From positions 49,354,001 to 49,418,000 of the forward strand of contig CM059432.1 of assembly GCA_030390025.1 (NCBI GenBank): 64,000 bases of DNA. The letters run 5' to 3'. This stretch comes from Squalus acanthias (lineage: Eukaryota). This document shows, piece by piece, positions 24,655-36,511 of this stretch. Under the pieces are notes generated by a model. The model saw only the letters and a list, made by a program, of their open reading frames with translations, did no database searches and was not told the origin of the DNA. Position 1 is the first letter of the stretch, and each line of letters opens with the position of its first letter. Position numbers and translations under genes: made by a program.

Positions 24655-26825
24655 GGGGTGAAATTGGATAGCGCGAAAAAACAGGCGCAGACAGCGCGAT
24701 GCGAGATATGCCTGCGCCCATTCAAGGAGCGCAGGCAGCGTGTCAACTTCGTGCTGCCTGCTAATTATAATGATTGCAGTGCACAGCCTAGCGCTGAACG
24801 CATTGCTGACAGGCTGTGCGCTCAGCACGGGGCCAAAGTTCACTTTGTTTGAGTGAGGCTAACTTTACTTAAAGCTAACCTGTTCCTCTTTGCAGCTCAT
24901 AAAAGTGAGCTGCCTTCTGCAGATGAAAAATTCTAAAAGTGATTCAGCTCTAGGCAGTCTGCACCTTTTAAGGGGGGCTGCCTTCTGCTGATCAACAATG
25001 GTAAAAGTGCGTCAGCACTAACACAAATGGCTTAACAGGCCAGGGAAAGGGCACCCAGGGTCTTGCAAGCAGCACTCCAGCTTTGTGCAGGGGTTCAACA
25101 CTGAGAGAGAGGTCCTCTACCCACAGAAGCCAGGCGGCCCTCCAGAAAGAAGGAGGAGGGACCAGCTCGCCAAGGCCATCATTGTCACCCCCAGGACCTG
25201 GCTCGAGCGCCCAAAGAAGTTTCATGACCTCAGGTGAGTGGTCACGGAAAGTGAATGAATCTTCAAAAGCTGTCTCCTACCAACTGCATCACTAGCCTCA
25301 AACACTGCTCAATGCACGACACCCCTCCCCCAATCACTCACCTCCCAACAATCTCTACCAAACACAAGGCATACCTCACATTCCGAGCTTCACCGCAACC
25401 CCTTGGAGGAGACGGTGCTGGCCGTTCTTGGCAAGGGCATAGCTGAGCCCTTGGCAAGCGGCAGGGTTGAAAGAATACAAGATGCTGATATCCTCATACT
25501 TTATCCTCCTTCTCACATCCCACTTCCCCTTCATCCCACAATGTCTTCTGATTTACAAGCTGCACATGGTGTAAGCATGTACCTATTGCTTTACCCCCCT
25601 GCCCTCATCACAACTCTACCCTTTTGCCTTCCTCATTTGAGACACCCAAGAAATTCAGCCTGCCCAACCAGTGGTTGACCAAGAAGAGGGAGAGTAGAGT
25701 GAAGAAGAAGAAGCATCACCATCACTCGATTTCACACTCCCAGCCACCAGCTCCTCGAGGTCGTCCTTCAAGGCCAGCTGCAGTGAACCCCACTGAAAGT
25801 CAGCAGCCTTCCACCAGCCATGCTGCAGCCACTGGGGTAGCACTGCATAAGAGCACTAGGATTAGCAAAGGCACACGCAAGACACTCACTAAGGGAATGC
25901 ACAAGGGTGATTAGTGGATGCAAAAATGGATAAAGTTGGATTGGAAAGTTTGCTTTGTGGTGGCTTTTATTTCAGCACTGTGGCCAAGAGGACGGTGTCA
26001 TAGAATCATAGAAAGTTACAGCACGGAAGGAGGCCATTTCGGCCCATCGTGTCCGCGCCGTAATCGTGTGATGGTCAGTAACAGAGGGAAGGTAAGATGT
26101 GAGACAAATGTTGAAAGGGGAATTGGGGTTGTGTTCACTGGTACCACAGACGGATGATTTGATCCCGGATATCCCAGCAAGAACAGGGTTGTCTGGGTTG
26201 CCGCCTTCCTTCCGTATCCTCCTCTTCTGCTTCCTCCTCGAGCAGCTTGTCCCTTTGCTGCCTCTGCTCCATCTCCTTGTCATGCTGCAGCCCAAGGGGG
26301 ACTGCAACTAGAGACCCCAGGACTGGGAGCAAATGGTGTTCTCAGAAGCCTTCCTTTAAAAGCCAAAGCCTTGCAAACATTCAGCAGCACTCCCTGCACA
26401 CTTTAACAACTTTTATAAATGTATTACACCAAGCCACTACTTAAATAAAATGCAAAGAAACCAGTACAAAAGCAAAGATCTAAACTTACCTGAAAGTTGC
26501 GTGTGTCCCTTTAAGAAGAGCTGGTAGGGGGTCCGTCGTACTGCTGCATGCACGTTCTGCCGTGCGTGATTTGGAGAGGGCGTTAAAAGGAGCGGCAACA
26601 TCTAAAATACCAGATTGTGCGTCAATTCAGTGTTGCACACCGATTGACATCACGATTTGACTCATCTAAATATCTAAAGCGAGCGCAGGCAACGGCAGTG
26701 CTGCTGACCTGCCCATAAATGGCGGCCACCGCGTTCCGTGCCGGAAGTTGGCAGAAGCGAGGCGGCCACCATTTTTTTCCAAACAGGCCTTAACGGCTGG
26801 TGCCAACGGGCTGAATTTCACGGCC
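24655..26825. mobile_element. Internally deleted Harbinger transposon
   Basis: Termini GGGGTGAAATTG / GAATTTCACGGCC with AGA on both flanks. Degenerate Myb gene on + (about 25027-25914, CCCAGGACCTGG..AAGAAGTTTCATGACCTC). Transposase remnant on - (26135-26332). Confidence 0.85.
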
Positions 26826-26996
26826 AGAAGCTCTTCCTAGAAAATGATGACTACTTCGTGTTCCAAAGACGTTTCATCTTTACAAAAGCATTTCTAACTT
26901 TCTCATCTTACATCAATCCAATATGTTTCTGTAATATTTGAATGTCACTTTAAAAAATATTAGTCTGATTTTCAATTGGTCTGAGTTGGGAATAAT

Positions 26997-27738
26997 GGCC
27001 CAAAAATTTGTGTTGATACGCGAGAGTACGCACTGTGTACTCTCGCGTATTCTGTCTCCAATTGCTGGTTTTCTGCATGCACTGCGCATGCGCTGAAAAC
27101 CGGCACTTGGTGAATGGAAAAGGGGGCGGTTCCTAGGTGAACCGCGTGCGCGCTACAGGCTGCGCGCATGCAGTGCACTTAGTGGTTTCAACGCGCAGGT
27201 AAGTAGGGAAGATTTTACACATAAAAAAAGGAGGAGTAAGACCCACTTTTAACAAGGTAAGTAGTGAATTAAGTATTATTTTGAATTTTTTTTAACAGGT
27301 ATATCTTTTTTAGAGACTTTAAAGACAGGTAAGTTTATTTTTATAACTTTTTAAAAGATTTTAAATTTTTTCAAAAATTTAATTTTTTATTTAAAATGGT
27401 TAATTTATTTAACTATACTTATTTTATTAATGTGATGTTTTTTTTTAAATTTAATTGAGGTTTAGCTGTTCTTTTGGGGGGCTATAGTATTCATAGCTTT
27501 CACAGCACTTATGTGAAAGTTATGAATGGAAGATGGTGTGCTGCCATTGGCTCTAACTGAGTCACGTGATCCCACAGCTCGCACGAATTAACTACGCCTG
27601 TGGGATACGAAAGCACTGCACAGCAGCTGTCCAGAACATCAAGTTCGTGCGAGCTGGAACTGAAAAAGCCAACGCGCAGTGAGAGATCGCGGGGAAGCCT
27701 TACCCTCGCACGAAGGCTTCCTCACGAATTTTTGGGCC
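26997..27738. mobile_element. Non-autonomous Harbinger-type element (GGCCCA-TIR family)
   Basis: TIR GGCCCAAAAATTTGTG / CACGAATTTTTGGGCC (15/16) with flanks AAT / ATT. Highly similar to 38235-38954. Confidence 0.88.
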
Positions 27739-29934
27739 ATTGAATTTATTGCACATTCATAGAATAAACATATTTTGCTGCAAGTCACACGTCGATTCCT
27801 ATTTGCTCCAACTATTTGCCATGAAGCGTTGAATTTTTTGTGCCTCACTAAGGATGATCCATAGGCAATGCAAATACCCGAGCTGCTATCAACAGAAAAT
27901 TGGTACATTATTAGGTAATGTGTCTGCCATGACCGCCCAAGGCAATATGCTCCACTGTCAAGTGGGGCACATGGTGTGCATTGCTGCTAAATTTACTTTT
28001 AATGAGATTTTGTTAACTTACCTGACCGATGGGTCAGGTGTTGCAAAACTTCAGCTTTTAGTACTTCCCAGGGAGAAAATGGCTTCTGTACTTTCTATGG
28101 ATAACGTGAGGCCATTTCCACCCAATGCCCCAATGCAATTTCAGTGCCTGACCTGGAGGGGTACCAGAAATATATTACAATTAGCTCATTAATATTGATT
28201 CCACAATGATAAACTCTGCTTTGCACTACTGAACAAACTACCAGTTTTAGTTTAAGACAAAATTCAGGCAATTATCTGTGAAAGCATGCAGTGATTCATT
28301 AAAAAAAAATGAAAATAAAGTTTTTTAAAATCAAAATCAATTTTAAATATATTGGTTAGATAAATACTTGAAATCCAGTAATCTACAATACATTTCATAG
28401 TATATAATTTAATAATAAATCTGTTTCAGTTCACTGAACTACTGGTGTCACATTACAAACTATACAAACACATGCTTGTGCAAGTTCACTATTGGGCAGC
28501 AACGGCCTGCTGACCAGAGGGTCATGGTTGCAACAGGTTCTATCCCCATAGCTGCCTCTCAGTTAAATCCTAAATTGATTATGCTTATTAGCTCAATGCC
28601 ACTACATGAAATATAATACAAAGATAAGTTGTTTTATTTGTTGGGTGGTGGTGGGGTGGAGGAGGATGGAGGAAAAGCTGACCCACATTGTCAGCCTTGC
28701 CTTGTTTGGATGATAGATCCTATTGGCTTACGACAAAAAAGAATGAAACATAATTATAAAGACATTAATAACTTGGATCCCCTCCTCTCCAAAGAGGATT
28801 AAAATGGTATTAAGCAGTCCACAAGGGGAAACATTGGAGGGAATACTGTTATTTTTTTTAATTGTCATTGATAGCACTATTACCCCAGTAGTTTGCATTC
28901 GTTTATACTCTAGTTGCCCAGGATTAGAGAGGGGTGTGCTAAGATGTTTTTAAAACATTTCCTTTCAGCTCCTACATATATATATATACACACACACGTA
29001 CATACATACACTGACAATGTTACAAAATGTGTATGTGATCTCAATACATAATTCATGTAAAACAGCCATGAAAATTTCCTAATAAAAAAGTTTAAAAATT
29101 AGTAAATATATAGCATTAGTATTGATAATAATAATTGCTAATTAATTGCTAAGGGCAAGCATTTTTATACAGAGATGGTGCAGGATTACACTACATGCAG
29201 CTATGACCTGTGAACCTTGAATTCCTGTACCATTCTATCTGCACAGTAGGAGTTAACCTCAATAAAGCAGCATTTTTCAATTTATTTTCCTATTTTCTGT
29301 GAAATTGTAAGCATTTATTTGTGAGATGTTACTGTAATGGCAATATTTTTCTTTTAGCATTGTGCACATAAAATAAATTACAAATTCCAATTACAGTCAA
29401 AAATTAAATTAGTGATTCCATTTATATTGTTATGATTTAGTTTGTGCGATTTATAATTTAAATGTATTCCAACTCACTTCCAACAAATATAGTCTATTTA
29501 TTCAGTCACCACTGTACATCACAATCTAATGCCTCATTAGAAAATGCCAACTTCTGTTTTCTGTCTATTTAAAGACAGTTATTTGTACTTAAATGTACTT
29601 GGTAGAAACACTTAACAGCTTCATAAAAGCAGTCCTTTTCTATCATATCATTCCAACTAGCAACTTAAAATACACGTCTTTGCAAAAGCAGCAATGTCCC
29701 TGTTTACATTCTTTCTTGAAACTCAAGTCACATTTAATTATTTTACCACTATCTACAAGTTTGCATTAAAATTGTGGCAATAAACTGAGGAGTACTGAAA
29801 TAGACTAAAAAATAACAGCTACAATCGAAGAAACCATGGCAGGTTCGGAATGCATGAGCAGGATAGTTTAACCAGTACACAAAAATGTCATACAACTAAT
29901 GAATGGGTTTTGCCCAACAAATGGAAAAAAGATT

Positions 29935-30682
29935 GGCCCAGAATTTACGGTCCTGATGACGGCGATCTGGCAGCATTCACCATCATATCGCTTTGAAACT
30001 GACCGCAACTTCAGGATTTAGCGCATGCGCAGCCTAATGCTGAAATCCTGAAGTTGCGGTCTGTCATTCACTGCTCCTCCACAGGCTGCGCTCTGCCACC
30101 CGCACCCCACCCCTTCCCCACCCCCGCCACCCACCTCAGAGCCAGCAATCAGTGTAATCTCTCAAATTATGGAAACTGACTGGGTTGTTAAATACCCCAT
30201 TAAAAGTTAGACCCAAAGGGATTACTTGTAACTGGGGTTTTAACAGCGTATGACTGCTAAACAAAGGTTATGGCCCTGAAAAACTAAATTTAATTTGGTG
30301 CAGTGTCAAATTTATCAACTTTAGTAAAAAATTTAAATTAAGAAACTTTTAAAAGTTTGTTCATCTTTTTCAGGTTTGCCTTTTCCCCATGTGAGAGCCC
30401 CAATCTTTGTTTTGCTCTCTTTAATATTTAAAAAAAGTTAGAATTTAAAGAGCTTTCTGGTTTGCTGTCTATGAGAATTCTGCATTTTGATTGGCTGCTT
30501 AGACAGCTTGTTGACCTCACAGCAGCTCGCACTAGGGGATCCCCACTATACTACTTTGATTTGAATTACTCGTCAGAAAACCCAAACTTCTCGACACAGA
30601 GATCGCGAGATCTTTGTGCGAAGCTTACGTCAGGGCCGGTGGCAAACGCCTTCGCTTCGCCGCTGACCGCAAATTCCGGGCC
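29935..30682. mobile_element. Non-autonomous Harbinger-type element (GGCCC-TIR, different interior)
   Basis: TIR GGCCCAGAATTTACGGTC / GACCGCAAATTCCGGGCC (16/18) with flanks ATT / AAT. Confidence 0.85.
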
Positions 30683-31234
30683 AATAAGTTAAACAATAAT
30701 GTTATTGTAAGCAAATTTTTTTTGTGAATAAATGAAGTTTATTAAAGCAGCAACATAGAATGCAAAAACAAAAGATTAATTCTCCGCAAAGCACAGCATG
30801 ACTTGACTCAACTATTATATACTTGTCAAGCTCTGTAGCATCACATCTGCTGTGATACAGTGAAACCTGTAAATTAGGGACACCTAAGGGACTTGCATCA
30901 GATGTCCTTTATTTGCAGGTGTCCTTATGTTCAAAATGGTCATTGTATGTATAGTAAACTGGATGAGCCAAATATCCTGGGATTGCCTGTATCTTCTGCA
31001 GCATTCCTTCTTTTTTTCGCTCTCATCTAGGATCGTGCCTAATTCTGGAGCCCTGCCAGCGAAATGTGATTTCAGTTCTATTTTCTGTTCATTGGGTTTC
31101 CCAGTTCATTGCCATCCTGGAGTCCTTTTCCATTGAGGGAGGGATCTCCTACATTGGCAGCCTGCACTGTTGTGCGAGAAGGTCCAAGAACCAGGAGACC
31201 ACCCGTGAGCAGGCGAAGAGGGGAAACCGAGAAT

Positions 31235-31623
31235 TTTTTTTTAAGTCATTCACAGGATGTGGATGTTGCTGGCAAGACCAGCATTTATTGCCCATCCTAA
31301 TTGCCCTTATCTGAGTGGCTTGTCATTTCAGAGGGCAGTTAAGAGTCAACCATATTACTATGGGTCTGGAGTAACATATAGACCAGACCAGGTAAGGACA
31401 GCAGATTGCCTTCCCTAAAAGACATTAGTGAACCAGATGGGTTTATACGACAATCCGATAGTTTCATGGTCACCATTACTGATAATAAATTCATCTGGAA
31501 TAAAAAGCTGTTAACTGAAGTTAAATTTCGCCAGCTGCTGTGGTGGTATTTTAACCCATGTCTCTGGATCATTAGTCCAGGCCTCTGGATTACTAGTCCA
31601 GTAACATAACCGCTAAGCTAGCG
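31235..31623 (-). mobile_element. tRNA-derived SINE whose tail matches the family B LINE 3' end
   Basis: On - it has a tRNA-like head with A/B-box-like segments. Its tail AAGGGCAATTAGGATGGGCAATAAATGCTGGTCTTGCCAGC...AAAAAAAA matches 36437-36511. Confidence 0.82.
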
Positions 31624-32034
31624 TTCACTATTACAGCACAGGAGGAGGTCTTCAGCCCCCGGTGCTGGGGGTCTCTCCTGTAACCCCCCAGATCCTTTCA
31701 TATTCCTCCTTTTCAGATATTTATCCCCCTCCCTTTCATATTAAATATTAGCTTCTACCTCAATAGCCACATGTGGTGAAGGATTCCACGGTCTAATAGC
31801 CCTCAGTTTAAGATAGTTCATTCTCCCTTCCTGCTTGGTTTTTCCACTTTACTGGCTGCTCTTCTCAGTGCTGCTTCCACTCCATGTTGTTGCTGCTGCT
31901 CCTGGCTCTGCAGCAAAACATGGTGCCCACCTGAGCAACCCCCCACCCCTGCTTGAGCCCCAATCTCCCGCAACTAGTCCCCTTATATTCCCCTTCTCCT
32001 TTGCTCCCCGAGACCCCATTCCTCATCTCTTACA

Positions 32035-32165
32035 CCACCCGATTTCAAAGCCCCCCCTCCGAAATTCAGAGGCCCCCCTCCGAATTTCAGAGGCCCATCT
32101 CCCTCCGAAATTCAGAGGCCCATCCCCCTTCGAAATTCAGAGGCTATCCCGAATGCTGAGACCAC
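32035..32165. repeat. Minisatellite, about 21-25-bp unit CCCCCTCCGAAATTCAGAGG, 4 good copies plus degenerate flanks
   Basis: Directly visible tandem units. Confidence 0.85.
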
Positions 32166-33067
32166 CCCATATCAGACCCCTCCTGAATGTCAGCGCCCAC
32201 GATTCCCGACCCTCCAGCCCCCCTCCCACTGTGGGGGGGAGGAAGTGTGCACTGCGGCATGAAATTTAATCCAATGATCGTCACATAAATAATCTAGAGG
32301 CAGCGCCTTGGAGACCCATCCTCCTTTTCGCGAGAGTACCGGTCATTTCGGTGTAGTCCTCAGCTTTTGTGGAATGGGGAGTTCTTTACCCAGCATCCGT
32401 AGTGGCAGAGAAACCCCTCTATCCCTGGGATAGAGCTGTGCAAGCATTCATTCCCAAAGATAGAGTGGTTTCTCTGCCACTATGGATGCTGGGTAAAGAA
32501 ATCTCCATTACACAAAAGCCGTTTTTTTTCACCCATTGCCGCCTCACAGTTATCTGCGTGTCCAGTGTTTCGAGTTGCAAACGGACTTGGTGATTTGAAG
32601 GCTGTCTGTAGTTCGTAAGTTGCAAGTGTCCATGGTTTCAAGGTGCTGATTATATTGTAACTGTTATAACGCAAGTTATTTTGGACTCTCAGTAAGTGTC
32701 CGCTTTTTGCAAGTGTCCGTTTGTGCAGGTTTTACTGTAGTTGTGAAGTCTTAATTTCTGCTACAACGTGTATTCCAAGGAGAGGGGGAGGGATGTAGTT
32801 TGCTCATCCAGACACTAGAATTGAGAACTGAGAGTTTTCATAGCTGAGCAGCATTGTGTAACTTAAAAGGATCAAGTACTAATCCTGGAAAATAAGTAAT
32901 CAGTTTCAGCAGTGAATTGGCTCCCTTGAAAGCTGCGGGATTCTTCAGGATTCTCACGGAAAAAAGGGGATGCTGATAATACAGCATTACAGCATTATGG
33001 AACCATTCTTGGAGGCACTTGGAAAATCTGGCCAGTCCATCTCTGATCAGTGTTTATAAAAGCACTA

Positions 33068-34040
33068 TGGGCAAAGAAAGAGAGAGCCCGCAAAAAAAAA
33101 AACAAGAGGAGAGAGTGAGAACGACAGAGGCAAGGAGAGAGTGGGAACAAGTGAGAAAGTGAGAACAAAAGATGGCAAAGCTGTGAGAGAACAACAAATG
33201 GTAAGAGCCAAAGAGAGAAATGGAATGAATAAAAGAGGGCGAGAGAAAGAAATTGAGAACAAGTGAGCGCAGGGAAGAGAGAGAACAAACGAGAGAATGA
33301 GGACAAAAAGAGAAAGGAGAGAGAGGAAAAACAAAAGGGCAAGGGAAGATAGTGAGAACAAAAGGGGGTGAGGGGAGAAACAGAGCAAACAAAAGATGGT
33401 AAGGTGGAGGGAGAGAGAGAGGGAGAACAAAAGAGGACAAGAGAAAGAGAATAAGGAGCGAGAAAGGTCAAAAGAGGGTGCAGAAGAAGAGAATAAAAAG
33501 GGTGAGGGGAGAGATTGTGAGGAGAAAAGAGGTTGTGGAAAAGAAAGAAGAGTGAGAGCAAATGAAAGGCGTAGGGAGAATGAGAAGACAAAGAATGGGA
33601 GAGAAGGCTGGGACAGACAGAACAAGGGGTGATATAAAACAGTAGAGGGTGACGGGTAGACTGAATGAGAATATAATGGGGAGGAGTCAAAGCAAAAGGT
33701 AAGGGGAAGAGAATTAGAATAAAAGAGGGCGATTGGAGAGAGAAAGAAAGAACAAGAGGGCAAGGGAGAGAAAACACAGAGGGTGGCAGGTAGACAGAGA
33801 GAACAAAAGAGAATGAGGGAGAGAGAACAAAAGAATGGGAGAATGGTAAGAGAGTGAAAGAGAGAAGAGAGAGAACAAAAGGAAAATAGAAAATGTGGGA
33901 ATAAGAGAAAGGGCAAAGAGAGAAAGAAATAGGCAAAGAATAGAGGGAGAAAAGAGGGGAAGAAAGAAAAAGTGAGGGGGAAAGAGAAAGAGGATGGCGC
34001 TCAGGATCCGCACCAGGAAGAGAGCAGAGGGGAGGATCAG
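33068..34040 (+). repeat. About 1-kb polypurine (GA-rich) low-complexity tract
   Basis: Overwhelmingly A/G on the + strand, with recurring GAGAACAAAAG-like words and no strict periodicity. Confidence 0.92.
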
Positions 34041-34511
34041 GCTGTATGTATAGATATACTCATTGGCCTGCCACTCAAAAAATACTGCATTAAAAATTGT
34101 AGCAAGCAACCTTGTAGTTTAGTGATTACAGTAGTACCCCACTAGATGATGAGTGGATTGTTATGTAAGTCCTTGGGAAGCACTTGACAAGTGTCAATCC
34201 ACAAATTTAGGCCTACAATTAGGAAGGAATGGAATGTAACTCAGTGCGACCAAAGTAGAAGCCTGATCACAAGGACACAAGAATTTTACAGCAGAAAAAC
34301 AAGCCATTCGGCCCAACGGGTCTATGCCGATGTTTATGCTCCACCCGAGCCTCTTCCCAACTTGCTTCATTTTCACCCTATCAACATATCCTTCCATTCC
34401 TTTCTCCCTCGTCTATCGTTCTAGCTTCCCCTTAAACGCATCTATGCAAATCACTTCAACTACTCCATGTGGCCGCGAGTTCCACGTTCTAACCACTCTC
34501 TGAGTAAAGAT

Positions 34512-34909
34512 TTCAACAATTTCAGATCATAACCCCGGCCCCTACCACATATATATACACATTTTATCCACCCTTTTGGTTCGTACCTTTTCCCTTTTTT
34601 TCTCTCTCTCCCCCTATGGCAGCTGTCTCTCATTCTGCCAGCATTTCACACCTCACCTTTTGTTTCTTAACCTGTCCCATTACCAATTCGTCTTGCCTTG
34701 AGCATCTCTTAATGTCTCTACTTACCATAGACCACCCCTTTTGTTCCTTTATTCCTCCCCCCAGCCTCCCCCTTGCATTTTTATCTGTTTAATTTCCTGC
34801 TCTTCTCTCAGTTCCGACGAAGGGTTTCAACCTGAAACGTTAACTCTCTTTCTCTCTCCACGGATGTTGCCTGGCCTGCTGAGTTTTTCCAGCGTTTTCT
34901 GTTGTTATT
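34512..34909 (+). mobile_element. Penelope-like element 3'/pLTR fragment
   Basis: Exact 13-bp TSD TCTGAGTAAAGAT (34499-34511, 34910-34922), pyrimidine-rich body and a hammerhead core motif near the 3' end. Confidence 0.75.
34810..34845 (+). ncRNA. Minimal type I hammerhead ribozyme motif (U4C variant)
   Basis: Stem I AGTT/AACT, core CCGACGA, stem II AGG/CCT, GAAA, palindromic ACGT stem III, putative GUU cleavage triplet (34839-34841). Confidence 0.65.
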
Positions 34910-35462
34910 TCTGAGTAAAGATGTTTCTCCTGATTTCCTTACTGGATTTATAAGTGACTGTTTTATATTTATGGATCCTAGTATTGGAATCCCCCACAGT
35001 TGGAAACACCTTTTCTGTGTCTACCCTATCGAACTCCTTCATCATTTTAAAAGACCTCTATCAGATCGCCTCTCAGTCTTCTCTTTTCTAGAGAAAAGAG
35101 CTCCAGCCGGTTCAGTCTTTCCTGATAGTTATACCCTCTCAGTTCTGGGATCATCCTTGTAAATCTTTTTTGCACTTTCTCCAGTGCTTCTTTTTGTAAT
35201 ATGGAGACCAGAACTGTGCACAGTACTCTAAGTGTGGTCTAACCAAGGTTCTATATAAGTTTAACATAACTTCTCTGCTTATGAATTCTATTCCTTTAGA
35301 AATGAATCCCAGTGCTTTGATTGCACTCTTTATAGCTTTGTTAATCTGCGTTGCTACTTTTAACGATTTGTGAATCTGTACCACTAGATCCCTTTGCACC
35401 TCTATCCCATTAGATTCTTATTTTCTAAGGAGTAGGTGGCCTCCTTATTCCTCCTACCAAAA

Positions 35463-36511
35463 GATGGTTGTGGTGGTTGGAGGTCAATCATCACAGCACC
35501 AGGACATCGCTGCAGGAGTTCCTCAGGGCAGTGTCCTAGGCCTAACCATCTTCAGCTGCTTCATCAATGACCTTCCCTCCATCATAAGGTCAGAAGTGGG
35601 GATGTTCGCTGATGACTGCACAGTGTTCAGTGCCATTCGCAACTCCTCAGATAACGAAGCAGTCCATGCCCGCATGCAGCAAGACCTGGACGACATTCAG
35701 GCTTGGGCTGATTAAGTGGCAGGTAACATTCGCACCACACAAGTGCCAGGCAATGACTATCTCCAACAAGTGAATGTCTAACCACCGCCCCTTGACATTC
35801 AATGGCATTACCATCGCCGAATCCCCCACCATCAATATCCTGGGGGTCACCATTGACCAGAAACTTAACTGGACCAGCCACATAAATACTGTGGCAACAA
35901 GAGCAGGTCAGAGGCTGGGTATTCTGTGGCGAGTGTCTCACCTCCTGACTCCCCAAAGCCTTTCCACCATCTGCAAGGCACAAGTAGGGAGTGTGATGGA
36001 ATACTCTCCACTTGCCTGGATGAGTGCAGCTCCAACAACACTCAAGAAGCTCGACACCATCCAAGAAAAAGCAGCCCACTTGATTGGCACCCCATCCACC
36101 ACCTTAAACATTCACTCCCTCCACCACCGGCGTACCGTGGCTGCAGTATGTACCATCTACAAGATGCACTGCAGCAACTCGCCAAGGCTTCTTCGGCAGC
36201 ACCTCCCAAACCCGCGACCTCTTCCACCTAGAAGGACAAGGGCAGCAGGCGCATGGGAACACCACCACCTCCAAGTTCCCCTCCAAGTCACACACCATCC
36301 TGACTTGGAAGTATATCGCCGATCCTTCATCGTCGCTGGGTCAAAATCCTGGAACTCCCTCCCTAACAGCACTGTGGGAGTACCTTCACCACACGGACTG
36401 CAGCGGTTCAAGAAGGCGGCTCATCACCACCTTCTCAAGGGCAACTAGGGATGGGCAATAAATGCTGGCCTTGCCAGTGACGCCCACATCTCATGAACGA
36501 ATAAAAAAAAA
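35463..36511 (+). mobile_element. Family B LINE (CR1-group RT, poly(A) tail), 5'-truncated and frameshifted
   Basis: GVPQGSVLG and MFADDC RT motifs, LGVTIDQKLNW, AATAAAAAAAAA tail. Inserted at CCAAAA^TGCACC of the host CR1. Confidence 0.92.

Larger units (their letters stand above)
30858..32737. mobile_element. Non-autonomous Tc1/mariner-pogo (Tigger-like) element
   Basis: TA|CAGTGAAACCTG ... CAGGTTTTACTG|TA, with repeated subterminal GGACAC/GTGTCC motifs. Contains a SINE and a minisatellite. Confidence 0.8.

Noticed and set aside
31545..31623. tRNA-like sequence
   Set aside because: It is a SINE head and I could not build a full cloverleaf.
32035..32165. Short direct repeats as a possible CRISPR array
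   Set aside because: No unique spacers, no cas genes, and a eukaryotic context.
32995..33936. Long 313-aa and 283-aa minus-strand ORFs
   Set aside because: Artefacts of the polypyrimidine strand: S/L/F/P-rich and stop-poor in all frames, with no domain.
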